This document shows, piece by piece, positions 21,470 through 30,180 of a DNA stretch of 64,000 nt. Position 1 is the first letter of the stretch; each line of letters opens with the position of its first letter. The notes beneath the pieces were generated by a model, which was not told the DNA's origin, ran no database searches, and saw only the letters and a list, made by a program, of their open reading frames with translations. Origin of the DNA: Aggregatimonas sp. (GTDB lineage: Bacteria; Bacteroidota; Bacteroidia; Flavobacteriales; Flavobacteriaceae); the NCBI GenBank assembly GCA_965238025.1, contig OZ250162.1, positions 969,288 through 1,033,287 of the forward strand, given 5' to 3'. The position numbers and the translations under genes were made by a program.

Positions 21470-21506
21470 CTGCGCAAAATGACTGCGCACATGGAGCTGA
21501 CATTTG
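21470..21506 (+). promoter_or_regulatory. palindromic operator plus weak -7 box (site 2)
   Basis: CTGCGCA-N7-TGCGCAC, 8 bp, GACATTTG upstream of rtcB-1. Confidence 0.72.
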
Positions 21507-21583
21507 TTTCAGAATCATAAAGGAGACCCGTTAAACAGTCTTCATGTAGCGCTCCGCCGGACGAATGGAATCGGCGGAGCTAA

Positions 21584-22995
<1,412 letters not shown>

Positions 22996-22996
<1 letters not shown>

Positions 22997-24768
22997 TGGT
23001 TAAAAAGGACACACTTGCTAAGGCTTATAGTCATTTGGAGGGGAAACCTTTTTTCGATTCTATTGAAATTATCAATATTGAAAAAAGGTTTCAAAATCTA
23101 CATAGGGAATACAAACAAAAAAAGTACAAGGATCTTGCTAGGTGGGAAATGCTTGTCTGGGATTTTAGAATATCAGATGGTAAAGTTCACCCCAGGCATA
23201 CCCATGCTTCCAAGGATGGCAAAATAATCAATGAGTACCCTTCTTTGAGGCTTATGGATGAAGGAGCATTATCATATTTTAAAGATAGAGCTAGATCAAC
23301 TAAAAGTTACTTTTTAAAATCAAGGTATAACCATATTCTATGGGAGAGCAAAAGCAAGCATAGAACCTATGCGGTTAATGCGATTGAAAGCTATACTAAA
23401 CTGATACCTGAAATATCTGTAGAGATAAAAAACAATCAGTTATTGAATTTATGTAAAAGTTTGATAAAATTATCTCACAATTCAAAGCATAAGGTTTTAG
23501 AAACCGCAAATTGCTTAAAAAACCTGATAGAAATTGATGTTCTTGAAGATTACTTTAAGCTAGAGTTGGGTTGTTTTTATCTTGAGAACTACACCATTGA
23601 ATCATTAGATATTTTGAGGTTTATCTTTAACCATTGCTCTAAAAATTTAGGCAATATGTCTATTGAACTAGTATTCTATCCTGATTTCTGTGATGACTTA
23701 ATTAAAATTGGTAGGAAACTTAAAATTGATGTTAAGTCAATTTATAATAAAAAAGCGGAATACTATTTGAACTTGGCCAAGAATGAGAATAGCTGGATAA
23801 AGCAAGATTTTTATTTCAGGGCAATAAAGGCATATTTAGAAATCGGAGAAAAAGAAAAAGCCGATGAACTATTTGTTCTTTTAGAAAATTCGAAAGAAGA
23901 AATCAGAATGGGTTCAGTCAAGAAAGAGTTTGAAGGCCAAGAAATCCAAACAATTTTTAAGCATTTTCATTTAAAGGCTGAGCAATTAACAGATTTACAG
24001 AGTGATAAAATTTACGGCTATCTAGCTAATAGTGAATCCTTTGTCCCAAAAGCAGATGTTTTCTCTAAAAAACCAAAGCAATCTTTTCTGGACTTGCTAA
24101 TGACAACAAGTTTCGATATTAACAGCAACTTTTCGAAAACTGACAGTGGGAAAACGATAAGTGAATATTGGTTACACATTTCAAATTTTACAATAAGAGA
24201 ACTAACTTGGATTTTTCAAAAAGGAATTATAAAAGGAACTCTTAACTATGAATCACTGATTAACTATTTATATCAAAAATCTTGGATTGGAAAGACTTAT
24301 AGTTTGAATGACTATGACGGAAATCCACACGAATACTGTTGGTTACATTTGATTGCCCCATCTTTATTTGATTTTTTTAATCTTTCAGATATGGCCCTGA
24401 AAAGGAAAGATTATGGGAATACTGGATATATTCTATGTATTGATTCGTTGGCTTTGAAAATTGAAGGATTGATACGACATTTTGCTAAGATTATTGGATG
24501 CCCAACAATTGCCATAAACAAAAAAAAAGATGGTACTAGGGAAAGATATATTGAAGAGATAATATCACATGAAAAATTTAAAGAATATCTTCCTAAAGAG
24601 GATATAATTCTTATCATTTTTCTAATGACAAATAAAGGGATGAATATTCGAAATAATATCGCTCATAGCTTCTTTAAGTACGAAAACTATTCTCCGTCCA
24701 TTATGATTCTGTTAATCACTGTTGTTTTAAGACTTTCAAAGTTCGAATTGAATTTTCAAAAAAAATAA
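22996..24768 (+). CDS. DUF4209-like protein with C-terminal HEPN motif
   Basis: C-terminal LALKIEGLIR...GMNIRNNIAHSF; AT-rich, 590 aa, overlaps the rtcB-1 stop codon. Confidence 0.65.
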
Positions 24769-24818
24769 TCGCATATTTGCACCTCAATACTAACAAAAAC
24801 AAGAAAAATAGTACTTCT

Positions 24819-24884
24819 ATGCTAAATCATTTTAATCACATATCGGACGCTATAAAGCTAGGATTGCATCGAATTGATGGGTAG
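24819..24884 (+). CDS. putative leader peptide A (MLNHFNHISDAIKLGLHRIDG)
   Basis: 21-aa ORF after a CATATTTG box (24772-24779) and before a terminator; His7-Ile8 shared with three other leaders. Confidence 0.5.
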   Translation: MLNHFNHISDAIKLGLHRIDG

Positions 24885-24912
24885 ATACTATTGAAAACAG
24901 ATACATAACTAG

Positions 24913-24940
24913 AGCGTCCAAGAAATTGGGCGCTTTTTTT
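24913..24940 (+). terminator. attenuator-type terminator A
   Basis: AGCGTCCAA-GAAA-TTGGGCGCT plus T run; same stem as terminator C. Confidence 0.8.
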
Positions 24941-25044
24941 ATGTAAAATTTTTGAGAATTCTTAAAATTCTAAAAGAATGCCATTTGAAAGCTAAGCATT
25001 TGAAAAACAGCAAATTGATGAATTATGCTGCCATCTGTTAACTA

Positions 25045-25150
25045 ACGGACAGGCTATCTCATGTCTAAATTTAATTGTAAATTCTTGATTGTCAGTGATT
25101 TATAATAAATTTTATTTGTGTAATTCAAATATCCGTTTTAGATTTGCACC
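25045..25150 (+). promoter_or_regulatory. conserved promoter cassette, copy 1 (drives rtcB2-prfH)
   Basis: TTTG(25115)-N20-TAGATTTG(25139); blocks ACGGACAGG, TCTAAATTTAAT, CTTGATTGTCAGT and ATCCGTTTTAG also present in copy 2. Confidence 0.75.
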
Positions 25151-25181
25151 AGAATTAAACAATAACATTTTTCACTGAAGT

Positions 25182-25286
25182 ATATATGACAATTTCAATC
25201 ACATATCAAAAAACACTACAAGCACCAGGTGCAATTGTAGTGTCGCTTCAGGACTTCATACACACATAGCGCTACTCGCAATATGA
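25182..25286 (+). CDS. putative leader peptide B (ATA-initiated IYDNFNHIS... frame; alternative ATG frame 25186-25269)
   Basis: FNHIS matches leader A at codons 5-9; followed by a terminator. Confidence 0.4.
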   Translation: MYDNFNHISKNTTSTRCNCSVASGLHTHIALLAI

Positions 25287-25289
25287 TAG

Positions 25290-25324
25290 AAAGTCCGAAG
25301 CTCTAAAGTTTCGGACTTTTTTTT
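25290..25324 (+). terminator. attenuator-type terminator B upstream of rtcB2
   Basis: AAAGTCCGAA / TTCGGACTTT hairpin plus long T run about 100 nt before the rtcB2 ATG. Confidence 0.8.
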
Positions 25325-25423
25325 ATGCCCTTATTTTTCGAGGCACAACTTTCCGAATTAACATAACAAATCTAGTATGGTTTTCATAAATGGAACGGTC
25401 ATCCTATTCCTAAAATAAAAATA

Positions 25424-26815
25424 ATGGGAAAGAAATTAAGCGGAAAAGACCTAATTAAATTGGGTTTTCCAAAGAACAATAGCATCAATATTACTTTAGG
25501 TCAAATCAATCGGTATCTCAAACGAGTAAAGAAAGAACAGATACTGAGAGAAGCCAAAAAAGTATTGTTACATCCTGAAAACTATCAAGGTGATGGGGTT
25601 TGGGGTAAGATTGCTGAAAGTTTGTTAGATCCTGTAATAGTGAAAAAGCATGCACTCAAAACGGTACGTGCACCATTTCATATTTATGGTGAAAATGAAA
25701 TTGAAGAACAAGCCAAGTATCAATTGTACGATGCTTTAAAACTTCCGATTTCTGTTGCTGGCGCATTGATGCCAGATGCACATTCTGGTTATGGTTTACC
25801 CATTGGTGGTGTTTTGGCAACGAAGAATGCGGTGATTCCTTATGGTGTGGGCGTTGATATCGGTTGTAGAATGTGTTTGACTATTTATCCGATTCCAGTC
25901 TCTTATCTGAAAGGAAAGAAACATCAATTAGCAAATATTCTTTCAGAGCACACCAAGTTCGGAATGCGGGAGACCCATAAGATAAAGCATGACCATGAAA
26001 TCTTTGAGCGAGATGAATTCAAAAACATCCCGTTGGTAAAAAGATTAAAGGATAAGGCTTACAAACAATTAGGCACCTCAGGTGGAGGAAACCATTTCGT
26101 AGAATTCGGGAAGGTCCATATCACGGATGACCAAAACGAATGGGGATTAAAATTAGGCGAATACCTAGGTGTGCTTTCACATAGCGGTTCAAGGGGCTTA
26201 GGTGCAAACATTGCAAAGCATTACACCTATCTGGCAACAAAACAATGTCCGTTACCTAAACATGTACAGCATTTGGCTTGGTTGGATTTGAATACTCACG
26301 ACGGACAAGAGTATTGGCTGGCAATGAATTTAGCTGGAGACTATGCAAAAGCATGTCACGACGATATTCATGCAAGACTGGGCAAACTTTTAGGAGCAAA
26401 GCCAGTGGTTAAAATAGAAAACCACCACAATTTTGCTTGGAAACAAAAGGTGAATGACACTGAGTGTATTGTCCATAGAAAAGGAGCGACACCTGCTGCC
26501 AATGGAGAGTTAGGAATTATTCCTGGGTCTATGACCGCGCCAGGTTATATCGTAAGAGGTTTGGGAAATAAAGAGAGTTTAAACTCTGCTTCCCATGGTG
26601 CTGGAAGGCTTTTTTCAAGAAGAAAGTGTAAAGAAACTTTTACGCGAAGTGAGATTAAAAAGCAACTAGACTCAAATGAGGTAACTCTAATTGGTGGAGG
26701 AATTGACGAAGCGCCAATGGCTTATAAAAACATTGAAAAAGTCATGGCGAATCAACAAGAGTTGGTTGAAGTACTAGGAACCTTCGCGCCTAAAATAGTA
26801 CGAATGGATAAATAG
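25424..26815 (+). CDS. rtcB: RtcB family RNA ligase 2 (PrfH-associated, RtcB2-type)
   Basis: MPDAHSGYGLPIGGV, GVDIGCRM, GTSGGGNHF, HSGSRGLG, HRKGATPA, SHGAGR and DEAPMAYK motifs; adjacent to prfH. Confidence 0.93.
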   Translation: MGKKLSGKDLIKLGFPKNNSINITLGQINRYLKRVKKEQILREAKKVLLHPENYQGDGVWGKIAESLLDPVIVKKHALKTVRAPFHIYGENEIEEQAKYQLYDALKLPISVAGALMPDAHSGYGLPIGGVLATKNAVIPYGVGVDIGCRMCLTIYPIPVSYLKGKKHQLANILSEHTKFGMRETHKIKHDHEIFERDEFKNIPLVKRLKDKAYKQLGTSGGGNHFVEFGKVHITDDQNEWGLKLGEYLGVLSHSGSRGLGANIAKHYTYLATKQCPLPKHVQHLAWLDLNTHDGQEYWLAMNLAGDYAKACHDDIHARLGKLLGAKPVVKIENHHNFAWKQKVNDTECIVHRKGATPAANGELGIIPGSMTAPGYIVRGLGNKESLNSASHGAGRLFSRRKCKETFTRSEIKKQLDSNEVTLIGGGIDEAPMAYKNIEKVMANQQELVEVLGTFAPKIVRMDK

Positions 26816-26911
26816 GGGGATGGCAGCTAGGGAGCGCATTAATAAAGCATAACAGAAAACTATAATTATTGTAATGCAATCTCCAGCTGTCATTATTTAA
26901 TAAAATTTAAA

Positions 26912-27604
26912 ATGGAAAAGGTAATTCAAATAACAGCGGGTAGAGGCCCGGCAGAATGTAGCTGGGTGGTAGCCCAAGTACTCAAGCGATTTTTGGAAGA
27001 AACTAAGACGGAAGGATTGAAATATACCATCCTACATCGTGAAAAGGGAAACCAAAATGGAACTATTCAATCAGTTACTATAAGCTTGACCGGGGAAAAC
27101 CTAAAAGCTTTTTTAACAACTTGGCTAGGTACCATTCAATGGATTGGAAACTCAACATTTAGAAAATACCATAAAAGAAAAAACTGGTTTATTGGTGCTT
27201 TTGAATTGAAGCAAATGCAAACTATGGAAGTGGATGAAAAAGACATCTCTTTTCAAACTATGCGGAGCACAGGGCCTGGTGGTCAAAATGTAAATAAGGT
27301 GAACTCAGCTGTTCGGGCAATTCATAACCCAACAGGAGTTCAAGTAGTTGCCATGGATAGTCGCTCTCAACATCAAAATAAAAAATTGGCAATAGCACGA
27401 CTAAAAGAAAAGATGAGCGAGGCCAACCTAGAGCTGTTAAAAAGCAGTATGACGGACCAATGGGAAAATCATTTAAATCTACAACGGGGAAATCCGGTTC
27501 GGGTTTTTAAGGGTACAGATTTTAAACATAAAAAAGATAACAAAAGCTCTAAACCAAAACGGCAAAAGCTAAAAAACGATTTAAAACAACAAAAATGGGA
27601 CTAA
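26912..27604 (+). CDS. prfH: peptide chain release factor homolog H
   Basis: IQITAGRGPAEC N-terminus, WIGNSTFRKYHKRKNWF, RSTGPGGQNVNK GGQ motif. Confidence 0.92.
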   Translation: MEKVIQITAGRGPAECSWVVAQVLKRFLEETKTEGLKYTILHREKGNQNGTIQSVTISLTGENLKAFLTTWLGTIQWIGNSTFRKYHKRKNWFIGAFELKQMQTMEVDEKDISFQTMRSTGPGGQNVNKVNSAVRAIHNPTGVQVVAMDSRSQHQNKKLAIARLKEKMSEANLELLKSSMTDQWENHLNLQRGNPVRVFKGTDFKHKKDNKSSKPKRQKLKNDLKQQKWD

Positions 27605-28143
27605 CTATAGCCGATACCTATTATTTAAAAGCAAAGGCAGCATCGGGTTACGATTGGGACGAAGTTTGTGAATCACTGAACTACGCCCTGTCCTACGATG
27701 AAAATCATTGTGCCTCCCTTTGTCTTTTAGGTAAAGTTTATGCGGGAAATTTGAATCAGTATACTGAAGCTTTCGATTGCTTTGACAAAGTAATTGCTAT
27801 TGACAGTCAGTATATGGATGTCTATCCTGCCTACGCAAAATATCTTATTTGGGCTGATGAAATTGAAAGGGCAACTAAACTAATTGCTTTTGCTCTCACC
27901 ATAAAAGGCATATCAAAGGGAAGTTTGTTTTGGCTTTCTGCGTATGCATCGGAAACCAAGCAAGCATATAAAGTTGCTCTGAAACATCTTAAGAAAGCTA
28001 AGAAGTATTCATATAATGACGATTACTTTTCTTTCATTGAAGACGAAGAAAATAGAATTAAAAAGAAATTGAAACTGGATAAATCTAAAGCAAAAAAGAA
28101 GAAATCTTCAACTAAAAAAAGGAAGAAAAAGAATAAAAATTAA
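27595..28143 (+). CDS. TPR-repeat protein with basic C-terminal tail
   Basis: TPR-like helices (ALSYDENHCASLCLLGKVY...AFDCFDKVIAID) and Lys-rich tail. Confidence 0.75.
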   Translation: MGLTIADTYYLKAKAASGYDWDEVCESLNYALSYDENHCASLCLLGKVYAGNLNQYTEAFDCFDKVIAIDSQYMDVYPAYAKYLIWADEIERATKLIAFALTIKGISKGSLFWLSAYASETKQAYKVALKHLKKAKKYSYNDDYFSFIEDEENRIKKKLKLDKSKAKKKKSSTKKRKKKNKN

Positions 28144-28180
28144 CATTGGAACGTTTAAAAATAACATCTTTGTAAAACAA

Positions 28181-28291
28181 ATGACACCGAGAAAGTTACA
28201 TATCATCCAACAAATAGAGCTTTGTCTCTTCGATTTTCGCTCAGAATATAGTGAGCGAAACGGACGCTATGTGACTTTATCCAACAGTTGA
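28181..28291 (+). CDS. putative leader peptide C (MTPRKLHIIQQIELCLFDFRSEYSERNGRYVTLSNS)
   Basis: 36-aa ORF after a CATCTTTG box (28165-28172) and before a terminator; His7-Ile8; similar to leader D. Confidence 0.5.
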   Translation: MTPRKLHIIQQIELCLFDFRSEYSERNGRYVTLSNS

Positions 28292-28324
28292 TTCTATGAA
28301 ATAACTTAATTAAGCGATAAAATG

Positions 28325-28356
28325 AAAGCGTCCAATTACCATTGGGCGCTTTTTTT
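28325..28356 (+). terminator. attenuator-type terminator C
   Basis: AGCGTCCAA-TTACCA-TTGGGCGCT plus T run. Confidence 0.8.
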
Positions 28357-28471
28357 ATGAAATTTTTTAAACCAATACGTGAAAAGTAGAAAACAAATAA
28401 AATAGCATAGTTGAAACAGAAAACAATTGGTAGACAGACGGTTGTGACAACTATTCAAAATCCGCAGTATG

Positions 28472-28577
28472 ACGGACAGGAATCCTATTATCTAAATTTA
28501 ATCATAACTACTTGATTGTCAGTAAATTAAATTAATTTTTTCTTGCGTAATCTAAAAATCCGTTTTAGCTTTGCACC
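28472..28577 (+). promoter_or_regulatory. conserved promoter cassette, copy 2 (drives the tRNA array)
   Basis: CTTG(28542)-N20-TAGCTTTG(28566); same four blocks as copy 1 at identical offsets. Confidence 0.75.
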
Positions 28578-28601
28578 ATCATAAATTATAAACCTATATA
28601 A

Positions 28602-28730
28602 ATGGAATTTTTAAAAAGACATATACAATTATTGGAACTACATCTCTGTTCGCCGAAAGGGTTTGAACGGTTTTATAGTGATCAACTGTCCATTTGTAAA
28701 CAAAGGAAAAATACGTGTATCATGTGTTGA
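28602..28730 (+). CDS. putative leader peptide D (MEFLKRHIQLLELHLCSPKGFERFYSDQLSICKQRKNTCIMC)
   Basis: 42-aa ORF between the promoter and a terminator upstream of the tRNA array; His7-Ile8. Confidence 0.5.
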   Translation: MEFLKRHIQLLELHLCSPKGFERFYSDQLSICKQRKNTCIMC

Positions 28731-28759
28731 CGTCATAGACAACATTCACATATGTACAG

Positions 28760-28788
28760 AGCATCTCCAATAAAGAGATGCTTTTTTT
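28760..28788 (+). terminator. attenuator-type terminator D upstream of the tRNA array
   Basis: AGCATCTC-CAATAAA-GAGATGCT plus T run, about 25 nt before the first tRNA. Confidence 0.8.
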
Positions 28789-28812
28789 ATGCGCATTAAA
28801 TTTTTGGAAAAA

Positions 28813-28900
28813 GGAAGAGCAAGCCAAATGGCGGTGGCCACACTCTTGAAAAGTGTTCGGAGTAACCAGTCTCGTGTGGGTTCGACTCCCACCTCTTCCG
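28813..28900 (+). tRNA. tRNA-Ser(UGA)
   Basis: cloverleaf, ACACT-CTTGAAA-AGTGT anticodon arm, long variable arm, GTTCGACTC T loop. Confidence 0.9.
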
Positions 28901-28905
28901 CAACT

Positions 28906-28995
28906 GGAGGGTAGGTAAATACTGGTTCGTTGCGCTCGCCTGCTAAGCGAGTCTGCCAAAAAGCAGTGAAGGTTCAATTCCTTTGCCCTCCGCCA
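28906..28995 (+). tRNA. tRNA-Ser(GCU)
   Basis: CTCGC-CTGCTAA-GCGAG anticodon arm, long variable arm, encoded CCA. Confidence 0.9.
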
Positions 28996-28999
28996 AATT

Positions 29000-29072
29000 G
29001 ACAAGGTGGCTGAATGGTTAAGGCAATGGTCTGCAAAATCATTTTTTATGAGTTCGAATCTCATCCTTGTCT
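29000..29072 (+). tRNA. tRNA-Cys(GCA)
   Basis: GACAAGG/CCTTGTC acceptor, ATGGT-CTGCAAA-ATCAT, U73. Confidence 0.9.
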
Positions 29073-29082
29073 CTAAAATCTT

Positions 29083-29165
29083 GGAAGCATTGAGCAATTG
29101 GCTGGCTCGCCTGACTGTAAATCAGGTTCAGAAATGACATGTAGGTTCAAGTCCTACTGCTTCCA
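29083..29165 (+). tRNA. tRNA-Tyr(GUA)
   Basis: GGAAGCA/TGCTTCC acceptor, CCTGA-CTGTAAA-TCAGG, long variable arm. Confidence 0.9.
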
Positions 29166-29169
29166 CAAC

Positions 29170-29240
29170 GCGTCTGTGGTGTAATGGTAGCATCTGGGTC
29201 TCCAAAACCTATGATTGAGGTTCGAATCCTTACGGACGCG
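29170..29240 (+). tRNA. tRNA-Trp(CCA)
   Basis: GCGTCTG/CGGACGC acceptor, TGGGT-CTCCAAA-ACCTA. Confidence 0.88.
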
Positions 29241-29243
29241 CAA

Positions 29244-29316
29244 AGTACCGTAGTTCAAAGGCTAGAGCGCCCGACTGTCTATCGGGAAGGTACGGGTTCG
29301 AGTCCCGTCGGTACTG
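29244..29316 (+). tRNA. tRNA-Asp(GUC)
   Basis: AGTACCG/CGGTACT acceptor, CCCGA-CTGTCTA-TCGGG, G73. Confidence 0.9.
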
Positions 29317-29320
29317 CAAA

Positions 29321-29392
29321 CTGGGAAGATAACGGTGGTTGTTTACCCGCCTTGGACGCGGGAGGTCGCAAGTTCGAATCTTGCTTCTCAGA
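29321..29392 (+). tRNA. tRNA-Pro(UGG), atypical D arm
   Basis: CTGGGAA/TTCTCAG acceptor, CCCGC-CTTGGAC-GCGGG; lacks U8 and a normal D loop. Confidence 0.7.
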
Positions 29393-29398
29393 CGAAAT

Positions 29399-29470
29399 GC
29401 TCCATTAGCATAGTGGCTAGTGCATCCGACTTTCTATCGGAAGAGAAGGGTTCGATTCCCTTATGGAGTA
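29399..29470 (+). tRNA. tRNA-Glu(UUC)
   Basis: GCTCCAT/ATGGAGT acceptor, TCCGA-CTTTCTA-TCGGA. Confidence 0.9.
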
Positions 29471-29475
29471 CATAG

Positions 29476-29548
29476 TGAGGTATAACTCAGTTGGTAGAGT
29501 ACCGTGCTTTTAACACGGGAGTCTTAGGTTCGAATCCTAATGCCTCAA
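29476..29548 (+). tRNA. tRNA-Lys(UUU)
   Basis: TGAGGTA/TGCCTCA acceptor, CCGTG-CTTTTAA-CACGG. Confidence 0.9.
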
Positions 29549-29554
29549 CAATTT

Positions 29555-29627
29555 GCAGGGATGGCGAAATGGCAAACGCAGCTGGTTTAGAACCAGTACT
29601 CTGAGAGTTCGAATCTCTCTCCCTGTA
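29555..29627 (+). tRNA. tRNA-Leu(UAG), short variable loop
   Basis: GCAGGGA/TCCCTGT acceptor, GCTGG-TTTAGAA-CCAGT, 5-nt variable region, A73. Confidence 0.82.
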
Positions 29628-29631
29628 CAAC

Positions 29632-29705
29632 GCCCCACTAGCCCAACCGGCAGAGGCAAAGGACTTAAAATCCTTCAAGTCCAAGTTCGAATCTTGGGTG
29701 GGGTA
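29632..29705 (+). tRNA. tRNA-Leu(UAA), short variable loop
   Basis: GCCCCAC/GTGGGGT acceptor, AAGGA-CTTAAAA-TCCTT, 5-nt variable region, A73. Confidence 0.82.
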
Positions 29706-29708
29706 CAC

Positions 29709-29780
29709 AAGCTTATGGTGTAATGGATAGCACGCGGGATTTCTAACCCTGAGGTATGAGTTCAAATCTTGTTAGGCTTG
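29709..29780 (+). tRNA. tRNA-Arg(UCU)
   Basis: AAGCTTA/TAGGCTT acceptor, TTTCTAA anticodon loop; anticodon and T stems contain a mismatch or several wobbles. Confidence 0.78.
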
Positions 29781-29785
29781 CAAAT

Positions 29786-29857
29786 AGACCCGTGATGTAA
29801 CGGTTAGCATACAAGATTTTGATTCTTGTTGTAAAGGTTCAAATCCTTTCGGGTTTT
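29786..29857 (+). tRNA. tRNA-Gln(UUG)
   Basis: AGACCCG/CGGGTTT acceptor, CAAGA-TTTTGAT-TCTTG. Confidence 0.87.
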
Positions 29858-29874
29858 CAAAATTGGTTTAAAAT

Positions 29875-29947
29875 GGTGTCTCTAGCTTATTTGGTAAAGC
29901 GTCCCACTGTGAATGGGAGGAATAGGGTTCGAATCCCAGAGTACACC
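29875..29947 (+). tRNA. tRNA-His(GUG), imperfect acceptor/T stem
   Basis: G-1 and C73, TCCCA-CTGTGAA-TGGGA; bulge or mismatch in the acceptor. Confidence 0.78.
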
Positions 29948-29954
29948 CAAAGAG

Positions 29955-30027
29955 GGAACAGTAGCAAAGATGGTCAATGCGGCGGATTGAAGATTCGACG
30001 ATACAGGTTCGAGTCCTGTCTGTTCCA
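29955..30027 (+). tRNA. tRNA-Phe(GAA)
   Basis: GGAACAG/CTGTTCC acceptor, TTGAAGA anticodon loop, one anticodon-stem mismatch. Confidence 0.82.
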
Positions 30028-30031
30028 CAAT

Positions 30032-30104
30032 AGGAGTATAGTTCAATTGGATAGAACGCTGGGCTACGAACTTAGAAATGCGAGTTCGAGTCTTGCTACT
30101 CCTA
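30032..30104 (+). tRNA. tRNA-Arg(ACG)
   Basis: AGGAGTA/TACTCCT acceptor, CTGGG-CTACGAA-CTTAG. Confidence 0.88.
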
Positions 30105-30123
30105 CTAAAGCAAAAGAAATTTT

Positions 30124-30162
30124 AACTACGCATAATAATTGCGTAGTTGTGTTTCAAATTTG
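30124..30162 (+). promoter_or_regulatory. palindromic operator plus weak -7 box (site 3)
   Basis: perfect AACTACGCA-N7-TGCGTAGTT; 8 bp between TGCGTAG and CAAATTTG; precedes the ncRNA block. Confidence 0.78.
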
Positions 30163-30180
30163 TCATGTAATTAAAAACAA

